Shown here: positions 28,996 through 40,463 of the stretch, in pieces
Layout: each line of letters begins with the position of its first letter
Numbering within the stretch: position 1 is the first letter of the stretch
Program-made: the position numbers and the translations under genes
Notes under the pieces: generated by a model
The model's input: only the letters and a program-made list of their open reading frames with translations
The model's database searches: none
What the model was told of the DNA's origin: nothing
NCBI GenBank assembly: GCA_973895155.1
Contig: OZ316896.1
Span: 17,472,754-17,536,753 of the forward strand
DNA length: 64,000 bases
Source: Marsupella aquatica
Taxonomy: Eukaryota > Plantae > Marchantiophyta
Direction of reading: 5' to 3'

Positions 28996-30681
28996 TATCA
29001 TTCTGGATTCGACCACATAAGTCACTTGATGGATCGATGGATGAAAGGAATCACTGTCAGTGGGAATCTTCCTTAGCTGTTCGAGCTCTTAAGATCGTAG
29101 ATTTCTCACGAAGGTGATGTGGATAACAAGGTTTCTTGGGTTCGTCTCAAAACTGGCCATATACTTCACTTGAGGACCAAAAGATGCCTAAACGTCTACA
29201 ATCTACGTGCATATTGCTGAAAGGTGAAGATGTGCTGTTAGTGTTGTCCGTATTTCAGGGACATTGTTGGCAGTTCGGCAAGATGCTGAGGAGCTGCGTT
29301 GGTTTGCTTGGTCATGGGCTGAGCATTTGTTATTGCCTCGGGCTGTAAATTGAGCGTGAAATCGGTCGTGATTGGAATTCCTGTTTCCGATAATGTCTGG
29401 ATGTTTTGAACAGATGAATTCTGTACAGTGTAATAATTTCATTTCGTATTCGAGATCGAGATAGAATCTACACAAAACCTGCTCCCAGGAAAAATACGTC
29501 GAAATTCATTGGTATCGCCGATTTGAGTACTCAGATCCGAATTTGAAACGTAATACTGTACTGATTGAGGTTATCAGTATTACGACCAAAAAATAATCAG
29601 TGTGCCATCGTGCCACGATGGATTCAGTTGGGGTTCTAGAAGCGATCAGATATTGCTCATTTTATTGTTCGAGACACTCAGGACCGAATCCATCAAAATG
29701 TCATAAGTGGGTATAATCGCACTAATTATCTATCACATCAAATGAACAGATCGTGCCAAACCGGGAGGGATGGCAGAAAAGGATGTAAAACCAGTAAAAC
29801 AAATAATCCAAAAAGTCCAGCATACCCAAGAGCCAAGAAACCCAGCATCCCATTGAGTCTACAATATTTGAGTTTTACCAGATTGGTAAATTGGTAAAAA
29901 CAGAGCTAACGATCTCACAAAAATTGCAAAGTCCAACATACCAATTAAAGGCCCCCAATGAGCCACACAATCCAACATCCTAAAGGCTCATGGGTTACAC
30001 CATTTTTGCTTTGTAAATGGACCAATGTTTTCACAAAAATTTCAAAAGGTCCAATCAAACAGGCAACTAATAAGCCAAAACATTTAGCATCCCAATTGGT
30101 TTTACCATTCATGCGCACGTACAAAAGTAGAGCAAATGTTCTCATAAACATCTCCAAATTGGTGAGTTCATAGATTGGGCATTGTAGAATATGGTGGAAA
30201 AATTTCATTCAACAGAGATCTACAAATTATCCAAATAAATGCACAAGTGAGCCAACAACCATAAGTGTGCAATTGGTTAGGTGACCTGGAAATTACTTGG
30301 GGCATCCTTCTCAAAAGCACTTGTAGCTTCCTTCCAAATGCAAAACTAAACCCTAAACCCGAGCAAAACTTTTATGAGCAATTGACAGTGTTTGTATCGC
30401 AAGACTAGGTCCTGCCACATCTAAGATCAAACTTTGTCTTCTACATCCTCAGCCGATTTCTGAAAGATCGCACAAGGGTGATGAACATGATAAACTCTAT
30501 GGTATCTACATACTGAAAAAACGATTCCATATTGTATCCTTAAGACCCTCCTATGCATATCATATCATATCATATCATATTCGATAAAACCACATTTGAA
30601 CAAATCTCTTTAGCACGGGATGTGAAGCTTCAAGCTAATAGGCGGCCCGAGAAACAAAGTGGAGTTTTCCTGTAGTGTAGC

Positions 30682-31661
30682 TCAAAGCTGAATGGGGCAC
30701 ATAGCAAAAGTAGTGTGACCATTAAGGAAAGAAGTAGGGTGTGGTACTCTCTCCCACACAATCTCTCTGCTCGCAGACCCAAACCCTCTACTTTGTATCA
30801 TACAATATCCACCGTTGAGTGCATCGTCTCTCCAATGTGCAATTGCGAGAAGCTCGTTGTTCAGCTGAAGGATATACAACGGTTCAACGTGAATGGGGTC
30901 GCTGATGGTTCCTACTGCAGGTTCAATTCGCCTTGGGATCGCATGGAGATGTGTGTGTATTTTTGTAAGACGGTCATTGTAACACACGTAATGATAGTTG
31001 CGAAAACGTAATGATAGTCGGCAGAAAACGAATACGGAGAAAGTTTGTCCAGTTCGAGCCGAGAAGCGGCTGTAGCTAGTAACCGTTCCCATCGATCTTC
31101 TGCTGCACAATATTTAAGCAAACCAGACAGGCACCAGTGGCTGCTTCCCTCTCGCCTGAAAGTGTCATCTCCCTTTTTGAAAAAAATAGTATAAGTACAT
31201 GTCTCCCCATCACTCGGTGGAGGTTCTGGTGAACTCTGGTCTTCGGGGCACTCTTCCCACTGTCCCTGCCCCGCCAGATCCAACCTATATGACACAAGGA
31301 CACCCCTTGCCCTTGTGAGCACGTACAGAGTGCCATTTGATGTGAGTAAATTGGAGAATCGACACATTTCACCAAGACTAGGGGGAATTGGAGGAAGCGG
31401 ATAGAAAGTTTTCTCTCTCACGGAATAGAGAGAAGCCACGGGTTTGTTGACATCATCAAGGTGTTTGACAACGACTAGCGTCTCCGTTGCCTTAGAGCGA
31501 ATTCTTTCATTGTAGACCATCCGGCTCTGAATTGCTTTTTGCCAAGTTCTGCTCACTGACGCTAGTGGATTAAAAATTCTCCATGACAACTTTGGAGCAA
31601 TGTGGGTCAATGTCACGTCGTCAGTTATCCCTGGAAGAAGTTGCTCCTCAACGTCAGTCAT
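30682..31661 (-). pseudogene. F-box/kelch-like gene copy 1, frameshifted by a 20-bp tandem duplication
   Basis: N-terminus MTDVEEQLLPGITDDVTLTHIAPKLSW (F-box-like). ORFs 30912-31712 and 30682-31110 are in different frames. acgtaatgatagt is repeated at 30986 and 31006; removing 20 nt restores a 319-aa ORF collinear with copy 2. Confidence 0.8.
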
Positions 31662-32570
31662 TTTGCGCTTGATTTGCAGTCTTGAGACACCTGAGGAGGT
31701 CTCCAGGAACAACCAGGGAATTGTATCAGAATTTTGGTTGTGTTTACAACAGGTCAGAAACGCACGTTAAACAAATGCCCTGGACTACTTAATTATGAGA
31801 GAGCTAAACCTGAGATGGGCAAGAAACTCACGTTGAGAATAAAGGTTTGGAGGGAGGGAGCTAGGTATGGGTCAAGGAAAAGGATGGAAATTGAGCTGAA
31901 GTACTAAGCCCCGGCCGAACCAAGCAAATGATAGAAAGTGGACAACACAATTCTGGACAAACGATGGCACCTAGGTGGCCTGTGCTAGCAGCACCAACGA
32001 GAAAGAAAGAAGAATCGTAAATAAATGTACAGTAAGAGCTGATGCCTCCAGGTCAAGCTAGTGTTTAAAGAACAAAACATCATTCCGAACGGTCACTACC
32101 AAAAAAGAGAGAGTCAGATGATTGCTACGGAAGGAAGACAATCCAAAGAGAGATTCAAATGATTGCTATAACGGAAGACAATCCAAAGAGAACGCATAAC
32201 AGTAGGGGAAGCACATCGAATGGAAACGAGAGACAGCACGGACCTGCTGAAAAAGGGAGTTCTGAGATCCCAACGTCGCGAGCTCAGACTGAAAATTTCC
32301 TGCCTGTTTGCAGCTCTAACTCAACAGCAGCTTCTGATGCACAATGTCTCCAAACCTTTCTATCTGTAGCAGGTCCAAGACCTCGAACAGCACGAGCAGA
32401 TCCTCACTCACGGTCAGAAGCTTCGAGCTGTATATATAGTGTCTACACCATCACGCTGAATGCTATATAGCTGAAAGGTCGAAATTAACGGAGAGACGGG
32501 GAGCTCAGAGAAGAGAGAAATGTAGGCAAGGAAGAGAGTTCGGAATGAGGAGGAATCGGGCCAGGACTTC

Positions 32571-32580
32571 CTTATATACC
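32571..32580 (-). promoter_or_regulatory. TATA box of F-box copy 1 (paralogous box at ~38876-38885)
   Basis: GGTATATAAG on the - strand is followed by a CT-rich leader and is conserved in both duplicate copies. Confidence 0.55.
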
Positions 32581-32921
32581 CCTTTCCAGCAAATTGGATG
32601 CAAAACTAATCAATGACGGAAACCAAATGTGACTCTTTGGCCCGCTGAATATTCTGATTGTTGTGCGGTCCTGAGACACATGTGTTACAGATACACTAAT
32701 TCTATCCAAACATTATGCCTGCCTCACATCCAAACTTCAGACCTTAAGTTGCATGCATCCGCGATATCACCATGCCTTATTGCATGTGCTGTATCACCAT
32801 ATATGGCACCTGTTGGGTCACCATATAGCATGCTCATCCTGGAACATGCTTTACTTTTTGTCTTGTAGTGATATTAAGTGGACAAAATTAAAGAGTAAGA
32901 CTAGAATACATATTAAATGTG

Positions 32922-33241
32922 AATGAAATCAAATAATATAAATAAAGTACATGTAATAAAAGCACATAGTGACCCATGGAAAATACAATTTTATTATTAC
33001 ACAAAGTTGCTACGAGTTGTGCACAATGAAATCAAATAATATAAATAAAGCACATGCAATAAAAACACATAGTGACCAATGGAAAGTATAATTTTATTAC
33101 ACAAAGTTGTGCACGTATTTCAGTGTGTCTTATTAATGACTCTTATTCAATAAAAACCATAAACTTAGGAAAGAAAGCCAAAGGGGAGCTACTCTTATTC
33201 AATAAAAACCATAAACTTAGGAAAGAAAGCCAAAGGGGAGC
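32922..33241. repeat. Local tandem duplications (~103-bp and 51-bp units), present only upstream of copy 1
   Basis: aatgaaatcaaataatataaataaag.acatg occurs twice; actcttattcaataaaaaccataaacttaggaaagaaagccaaaggggagct occurs twice. Confidence 0.8.
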
Positions 33242-35851
33242 TTAAGACAGGATGTGCTGACATTTCTTAGAATCATTCCTCTCACTCATGAACTTAAAAG
33301 CGGTAGAAAATGAAGCTCTTAGTTTCTCTCTAGGACTTAACAAAGTTTGCAAATTATACAAATTAAGGGGGCTGCCAAAATAAATTCAAAACACTATAAA
33401 ATACCAAAAATTTAAAGGGGTCCAAAAATGAATTAAAAGTCTATGTGATACAAAGGATGCCCCTTGTTAAGGTACATTCAAATAAAAATTCATGATACAC
33501 AAATATGAATAAGACAAAACATGAGAGTTGGGTCACCATATCACATCCAAACATTAAGCCTTATGACATGTGCTGTATTTCCATGGAACCTACTGACATG
33601 GTGCTAAATCACCATGGCACCTACTGGGTCACCACTTCACGTACATCCAAACGTTATGCCTAAGTTATTGCATGTACCATATTAGTGTGGCACATATTGG
33701 GTCACCCCATGCAGGCCATGTATATTTGTTGGTGTGGATATATATCCGACTAGTATGCCTTGTAACATATCCTATATTTGCATGGCACTCTTTGTTTCCC
33801 TTGGTCACTAATAGGTATTTCCCCTTATAGAGAGACAGATAGCTGGAAGGGATAAAATAAGAACTGTTTGTTTTCCTATATAATTATGATCTCTGACTAG
33901 CCGAGTGACTAGCCCTGATGAACTCGTGAATATTGAGTCCCAGCAAATGCAGGCCAGTGGGAAATGGAGAGTGAGTCATTTGAGTGTTAAATTTGATGCT
34001 GTTGATAATTGTCCTGGTGATTGCCATCTATATATATGCTATGGAATATTGGTCAGGTTTAAAGTAACAGTATGTGTTAGTTATCACATTTGCTATGAAG
34101 TCAGACCTTGTAGCCACTTGAGAACCCAATTGTAGTCCTTGGCAGCTCCTCACCAGGCGCCATAAGAAAGACCATGGATAAAATTCATCCCATTTGGAGT
34201 ACGTAATGCAGACATCTTTATTGGAAAATTAATTGGTGACACCCATAGAACCCGCCCCATAACCTCCTACAAAAATGCTAACACAATTTTAGCCATACAT
34301 AGTGTACTCTTGAAGGTTGTGCACCTTGTAACTTTCTCAAATTGCTTGGTATCAAGCAAAACTGGGATTTTCAAAAGTTGATTTGATTACCCGTTTGATT
34401 ATCTTTCTAAGTAACAAGCTCAAATGGGGTTTCAGATACTAAATCATTGGAGAGATATCCAATTTGCAAACTTTGCTAATATCCACCCCCAGGTATGCAA
34501 CTCCCCTTTTTATAAGTCAAGTTTTTTATTTTTTATAATTGCCTTATATCCAATTGACCATGTTAGGTTTCATTTTAGTCTACTATACACTCTTGTTTTT
34601 CTCAACTCAAGCAATCAAATCTGGATCATATGGTTTTTATTTAATATAGGGCTACAACCAAACTTGCCAACATTTAAGGATTTTTATAGAATCTATAAAT
34701 CTTTTAATAAATTTAATTTACAAAAAATTTATCAACATTTTTAAATTAATTTTATGTGGAAAAACTAAGAATAAAACCAAACCTAGTTTTGGCATGACAC
34801 AAGAAAATTTTAAAGTGAAAAACCTAGATTTTTCTTATTTTAATTTTTCTTACAGCCAACTTTTTAGTCCATATAAAAATGTAGACCTCTGCCTATTATA
34901 CAAGAGTTGTATATCAGGGATTGTCCATGGCTGCCACTGTCTTACATGTTACTCTAAATGTTGCTCCATTATTTACCCGCTCCATTATAGTTCTTTGTAA
35001 GGTTTTTTTCTCTAATTTGTATGTGGTTTCTTAGCCTAAATTCATTTGGGAACAAACATTCAAAAGGAAATTAAGTTGACCCTAATTGGATAGGAGGAAC
35101 CTTGGATAGCCTGTCCTCAATCACCATCCATGGAGACAGTTGGACCCTGCTTAAACAGACCAAAGGACTGAATATTTTGAGTTGACCTTGACCATGATCT
35201 CTAAGAAACACAGTTGGTAACTAGCTAGCTAAGGGGTTAATTTACTTAGTTTGCAAGACAAGAACTCTTTAAGTCACCATGATTATGCAGTTTAAGCAGT
35301 TTTGCTTTCAGTACAACTAAGATTTGAAGACAAAGTAATAATGTATTATTAAATACTTCACTCAGCAGTATACCATATCTGTTTGGGCTGAAAGCTTGAA
35401 TGTGCGCCCTCGTGGATGTCACCATTAGGATTTTTTTGTTTGGTTCAAGAATTTCACGCATTCAACTAAACATGTTTGTAGAACATTATTTGGAAGAAAT
35501 GAAATAAAGGCGGGAATAAAGGTGTAGGAATTTGTATAATTGGGGCTGACTGCCGTGGGCATGAATGTATGTACAAGCTGGCCGTATTGGCTGGCGGAAA
35601 ACAACAGATAGCAAGCACCACACACCTCTATAAGCGCTTCAATCCACAAGGGCTTCAATTAATCTACAACCGATTTTAGGGCGTGCAGTAAGTTGGCATT
35701 GTTTTCCTAACTTGGGGCAGATCTCTACACCGCCCAATTCTCAGGGCCACTAAAGAAATGTGTAAGAAGGGCCGAACCCGTTGGTTGGTTGGGAGGGGGA
35801 GGGGGGTTTGGCTCAACCCCCTGCCCTCTTCTTGGTCTCGGGTTCAGAACC

Positions 35852-35920
35852 CAATGGATCAAAGGTACGCTGGGGATAACAGGCTGATGACTCCCAAGAG
35901 CTCTTATTGGCGGGGTTGTT
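35852..35920 (+). other. NUMT: ~70-bp fragment of mitochondrial 26S rRNA (rrn26, domain V region)
   Basis: caatggatcaaaggtacgctggggataacaggctgatgactcccaagagctcttattggcggggttgtt contains the universal LSU motif GGGATAACAGGCTGAT with flanks as I recall them from plant mitochondrial rrn26. The sequence on either side is not rRNA. Confidence 0.8.
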
Positions 35921-36968
35921 GCTTTCTTAGTCTAAAACCCTTCACTATTCTCCTTATTACAGAAAAATCTCAAGTTATAGATTGGACATATTCCGAGAAC
36001 CCACTGGAATTTTCTGAGCTAAAACAGAAATACAATTAAAGTTGTCTAAATATATGCACAATCTGCCAAACCTATCTTTTCAGAGTACGTTGGAGGGGAA
36101 GCCTGGAAAAACTACTCCATCAGGGCCCCCCTCAAAAGTGAAGCATACCCCTTAAAGCAACTGGTCACTTTTTTGCCAGTGTAAGTTTACTCATGTCTGA
36201 CTGAAGTGCATAACAAACCCTTCAATCCATACTGGCTTAATTTTTAAGAAACATATATATTAACCACCTGAGCAAGCCAGGTGTGACTAGCCGTAAAGGA
36301 TAATCGGGTGAAAATGTACTAGTCTTTTCAGGAAGCACGATTTGACAAGTCTCTCTGACTAGCTAATAGTTAGACTCCTGGGCTTCAGACCTTTGAATTT
36401 GCAAAGCTCTAAGGTTGCAAATGAATCCGTACAAAAGAAGGTAGTGAGAGTTCATTTCACATACTTGACAACCCAATAGTTTTCTTGCGCAGCTCAAAGC
36501 TTGACCTTGCTGAGATGTAAGCCCCTTTTGAGAATTTATGCAGCAGAATTGTAGATCAGTCTACATGACTTGAGTCTCTCCAAACCATCATTTTCTTATT
36601 TCCAAAACACCCATCTCATGAGCAATCAGATAATTCAAAAGAGGCGAGCAAAACATTTATGAGCAATTGACAATGTTTGTATTGTTTGCAAAATTTGGTC
36701 CTTCCACGTCTTAGAGAAAACGCATCTTAGAAAACGTTGTCTTCTACATTCGCAGCTGATATCTGGAAGACCGCATGCACAATGATGATGAACACGATAA
36801 ACTCTACATACTGAAAACTAATTCCATATTGTACTGATAGATCCTGAAGACCCTCCTTTGCGGTAACATATAATTCCATATTCTGAAAAAATCTCCTTAG
36901 CACGGGATGTGAAGTTTCAAGCTAATAGGCGGCCCGAGAAACAAAGTGGAGTTTTCCTGTAGTGTAGC

Positions 36969-37985
36969 TCAAAGCTGAATGGGGCACATCGCAAAAGTAG
37001 TGTGCCCATTAAGGAAAGAAGCAGGGTGCGGTACTCTCTCCCATACAATCTCTCTGCTCGCAGACCTGAACCCTCTGGTTTGTATCATACAATAACCATC
37101 GTTGAGTGCGTGGTCTCTCCAATGTGCAATTGCAAGAAGCTCGTTGTTCAGCTGAAGGATATACAACGGTTCAACGTCAATGGGGTCCCTGATGGTTCCC
37201 ACTGCAGGTTCAATTCGCCTTGAGATGGCATGCAAATGTGTAAAAACCTCTGAACCAAGATCATAGTAATCCACATGATGATACTTGCCGACAGCTCGGA
37301 TAGAGAGATTGCCTTTTCTGTCACACGAAAACCAATTCTGGGGAATTTTGTCCACTTCAAGGTGAAATTTCCGACTGCATTTATGTGATACTGGTACCAC
37401 TGTCGTTCTATTTCCGACTGCATTTATATGATATTTCCACGCATGAGACAAGCACCAGTGGGTGCATCCCTCCCGCACGAAAGTGTCATCTCCCTTTCTG
37501 GCGTAAGACACATAACTACTTGTCTCCGCATCACTCAGTTCAAGTTTTGGAGGACTCCTTTCTGTGCGGAACTCTTCCCACTGTCCCTGCCCAGCCAGAT
37601 CCAACATAAATACCTGACTGGCATCCCGGCTTCCGTTTATGACGTATAAAGTGCCATTTGATGTGAGGAATGGGCAGAGTGGAGAAATTTCACCAAGACT
37701 ACGGGGAATTGGAGGAAGCCGATAGAATTTTTTCTCTCTCACGGAATAGAGAGAAGCCACGGGCTTGTCGGCATCATCGTCAAGGTGTTTGACAACGACC
37801 AGCGTCTCCGTTGCTTTAGAGCGAATTCTTTCATTGTAGACCATCCGGCTCTGAATTGCTTTTTGCCAAGTTCTGCTCACTGACGCTAGTGCATGAAAAT
37901 CTTTCCATGACAACTTTGGAGCAATGTGGGTCAATGTCACGTCTTCAGTTATCCCCGGAAGAAGTTGCTCCTCAACGTCAGTCAT
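36969..37985 (-). CDS. F-box/kelch-like protein copy 2 (338 aa, intronless CDS, intact)
   Basis: LLPGITEDVTLTHIAPKLSWKDFHALASVSRTWQKAI (F-box-like), followed by RLPPIP...NGTLYVING, a kelch-like beta segment. C-terminus WERVPHP...AMCPIQL. A splice acceptor lies just upstream of the ATG. Confidence 0.8.
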   Translation of the reverse strand: MTDVEEQLLPGITEDVTLTHIAPKLSWKDFHALASVSRTWQKAIQSRMVYNERIRSKATETLVVVKHLDDDADKPVASLYSVREKKFYRLPPIPRSLGEISPLCPFLTSNGTLYVINGSRDASQVFMLDLAGQGQWEEFRTERSPPKLELSDAETSSYVSYARKGDDTFVREGCTHWCLSHAWKYHINAVGNRTTVVPVSHKCSRKFHLEVDKIPQNWFSCDRKGNLSIRAVGKYHHVDYYDLGSEVFTHLHAISRRIEPAVGTIRDPIDVEPLYILQLNNELLAIAHWRDHALNDGYCMIQTRGFRSASREIVWERVPHPASFLNGHTTFAMCPIQL

Positions 37986-40463
37986 TTTGCGCTTGATTTG
38001 CAGTCTTGGGACACCTGAGGAGGTCTCCAGGAACAACCAGGGAATATATTGTATCAGAATTTTGGTTGTGTTCACAACAGATCAGAAACGTACGTTAATC
38101 AAATGCCCTGGACTGCTTAATTATGAGAGAGCGAAACCTGATGGGCAAGAAACTCACGTTGAGAATGAAGGCTTGGACGGAGGGAGGTATGGGTCAAGGA
38201 AAAGGATGCAAAACGAGCTGAAGGACCAAGCCCCGGCCGAACTAAGCAAATGATAGAAAATTTAGGGTGGACAACACAATTCTGGACAAACAACGAGATC
38301 GAAGTGAAACAGGCCTGTGCTAGCAGCACCGATGAGAAAGAAAGTAGAGTTGCAATTAAATGTACATTCAGAGCTGATGACTCCAGGACAAGTGTTTAAA
38401 GAATAAAACAACATTCGGAACAATAACTACCAAAAAAGAGACAGTCAAATGATTGGTATGGAAGCAAGACAATCCAAAAACAGCAAGATTACAGTGAACG
38501 TACGTATAATAGTAGGCAAATCACGTCGAATGAAGACAAAACAAGAGACGGCACCTGCTGAAAAAGAGAGTTGTGAGATCCCAACGTTGCTAGCTCAGAC
38601 TGAAAAATTCTTGCTTGTTTGCAGCTCTAACTCCAACACAACTTTCTGGTACACAATGTCTCCAACCTTCCTCTCTGTAGCAGGTCCAAGACCTCGAACA
38701 GCACGAGCAGACCCTCACTCACACGATCAGGTGCTTCGAGCTGTATAGTGTCTACACCATCATGCTGAATGCTAGCTCAAAGGTGGAAAGGGAGAGACGG
38801 GGAGCTCAGAGAAGAGAGAAATTAACGTAGGCGAGGAAGAGAGTTCGGAATGAGGAGGAATAGGGCCAGTACTTCCTTATATACCAGTTTCAGCAAATTG
38901 GATGCAGAACTAATCAATGACGGAAACCAAATGTGACTCCTTGGCCCCCTGCTAATTCTGATTTTTGTGCGTTCAGACACATATGTGACACCTACCCTTC
39001 ATTCTATCCAAACATTATGCCTGTCTCACATCCAACCTTTATCCCTTATTGCATGTGCTATGTCATGGTGGCAGCTATTGGGTCACCACGTCACATGCAG
39101 ACGTTACGCCTTATCATATGTGCTATGTCCCTTCAGTTCATCACTAGACATTCATTACTTAGGTATTTGCCATTGTCGATAGACCAATAGCTGGAAGGAA
39201 TAAAGAAACTATTTCTTGTCTATCTCTACTAAAGAAGTGACTAGCCCTGATGAACTTCTGAATATTCAGTCCCAGCAAACTCAGACCAGTGGGGAAATGG
39301 ACTCTCATTTAAGTCTTAATTTTTACCACGTAATATGCTGTGGAATAAATCATGTCATATTAAAATGAACATTATGTCTTATCACATTAGTTTGCTCTCT
39401 AATCAGACCCTACGTACAGCCACTTGAGAACCCAAGCGTAGTACTTGGCTCCCCCAACCTGGCGCCATCACCCTGGGCCATCGCAAAGACTATGGAGAAA
39501 ATTCCCACATGGTGTAATTTGGAAAAAACTAGGACACCCATAAAACATGAAAGTACTCACACAATTTGAGCCATACTTAGACTCCTGAGGGTTGTGGAGC
39601 TTGTAACTTTCTCAAATCTGAGGATATCAAGTAAAACTCAATCTCTAGCTCAAAAGTTGATTTGATTATCTGTCTAAGTGATTTATCATGTATTTAATCA
39701 TTATATTGGAGAAATATCCAGCTTGCAAAATTAGTTAATAATATGGGTAATGCATAGGCCACTTACATGATCCTAGCTCTACATATTACTCCATTGTAAT
39801 TCATGTTTTTGCTATATTGTATGTGGTAGTTCTATCAAAAACTAGCTAGCCCATTATTTGCCAATGCGTTGCGCAAACATGTTAAGGTGGGGTGAGGCAT
39901 GTCAAGCATAGACGACATTCGTAACGGCAAGCCCATGAACCATCCAACGCACAAGAGTTGACACAGAGAGATACGTGGTTCACCTCCACATGAGGTTACG
40001 TCCACGGGAACACACAAGAGCTTTACTGCACTCTAGGCCGACCGACCATACCAAGCTTCCACAGCACATGCAAGCTCTCCCTATCTCTCAACTAGCTCCG
40101 TAACAATGAGCCTAAGTTCCACCCAGGGTCTGGCATCAGCCCTGGCTATATGCACAACAACACTAGCGCTAACATTAGCTAAGTCCTAACCCGAGTTAGA
40201 CTAACTGTAGTTAGCTCATGAGTCACAAGACTAGAGCAATATCTAACAAACTCCCCCTTGACTCTTGTCTTGGGGACTGGACTAAATGCTACTATATGGA
40301 TTCCTCAGCAGGAAGTTCTAGACAATCACCAAACCAGGTCTCGATCCCCCTAAAAACCACAAGGGTTAACTAGAACTAAGTCGTAGCCTAACAGGAATGA
40401 GTAATCCATATACAAATAGTCACACATTGCTAAATAACTCTACTTGCACTACAACTGCAAAAC

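Larger units (their letters stand above)
30359..39730. repeat. Tandem segmental duplication (~30359-34470 and ~36645-39730) carrying the F-box/kelch-like gene with its UTR introns, promoter and downstream region
   Basis: Long collinear blocks, e.g. 30609-31000 vs 36896-37230, 32370-32700 vs 38679-39020, and 33906-34135 vs 39236-39436. Confidence 0.9.

Noticed and set aside
35852-35920. Functional rRNA gene
   Set aside because: Only ~70 bp match and the flanks are not rRNA; treated as a NUMT.
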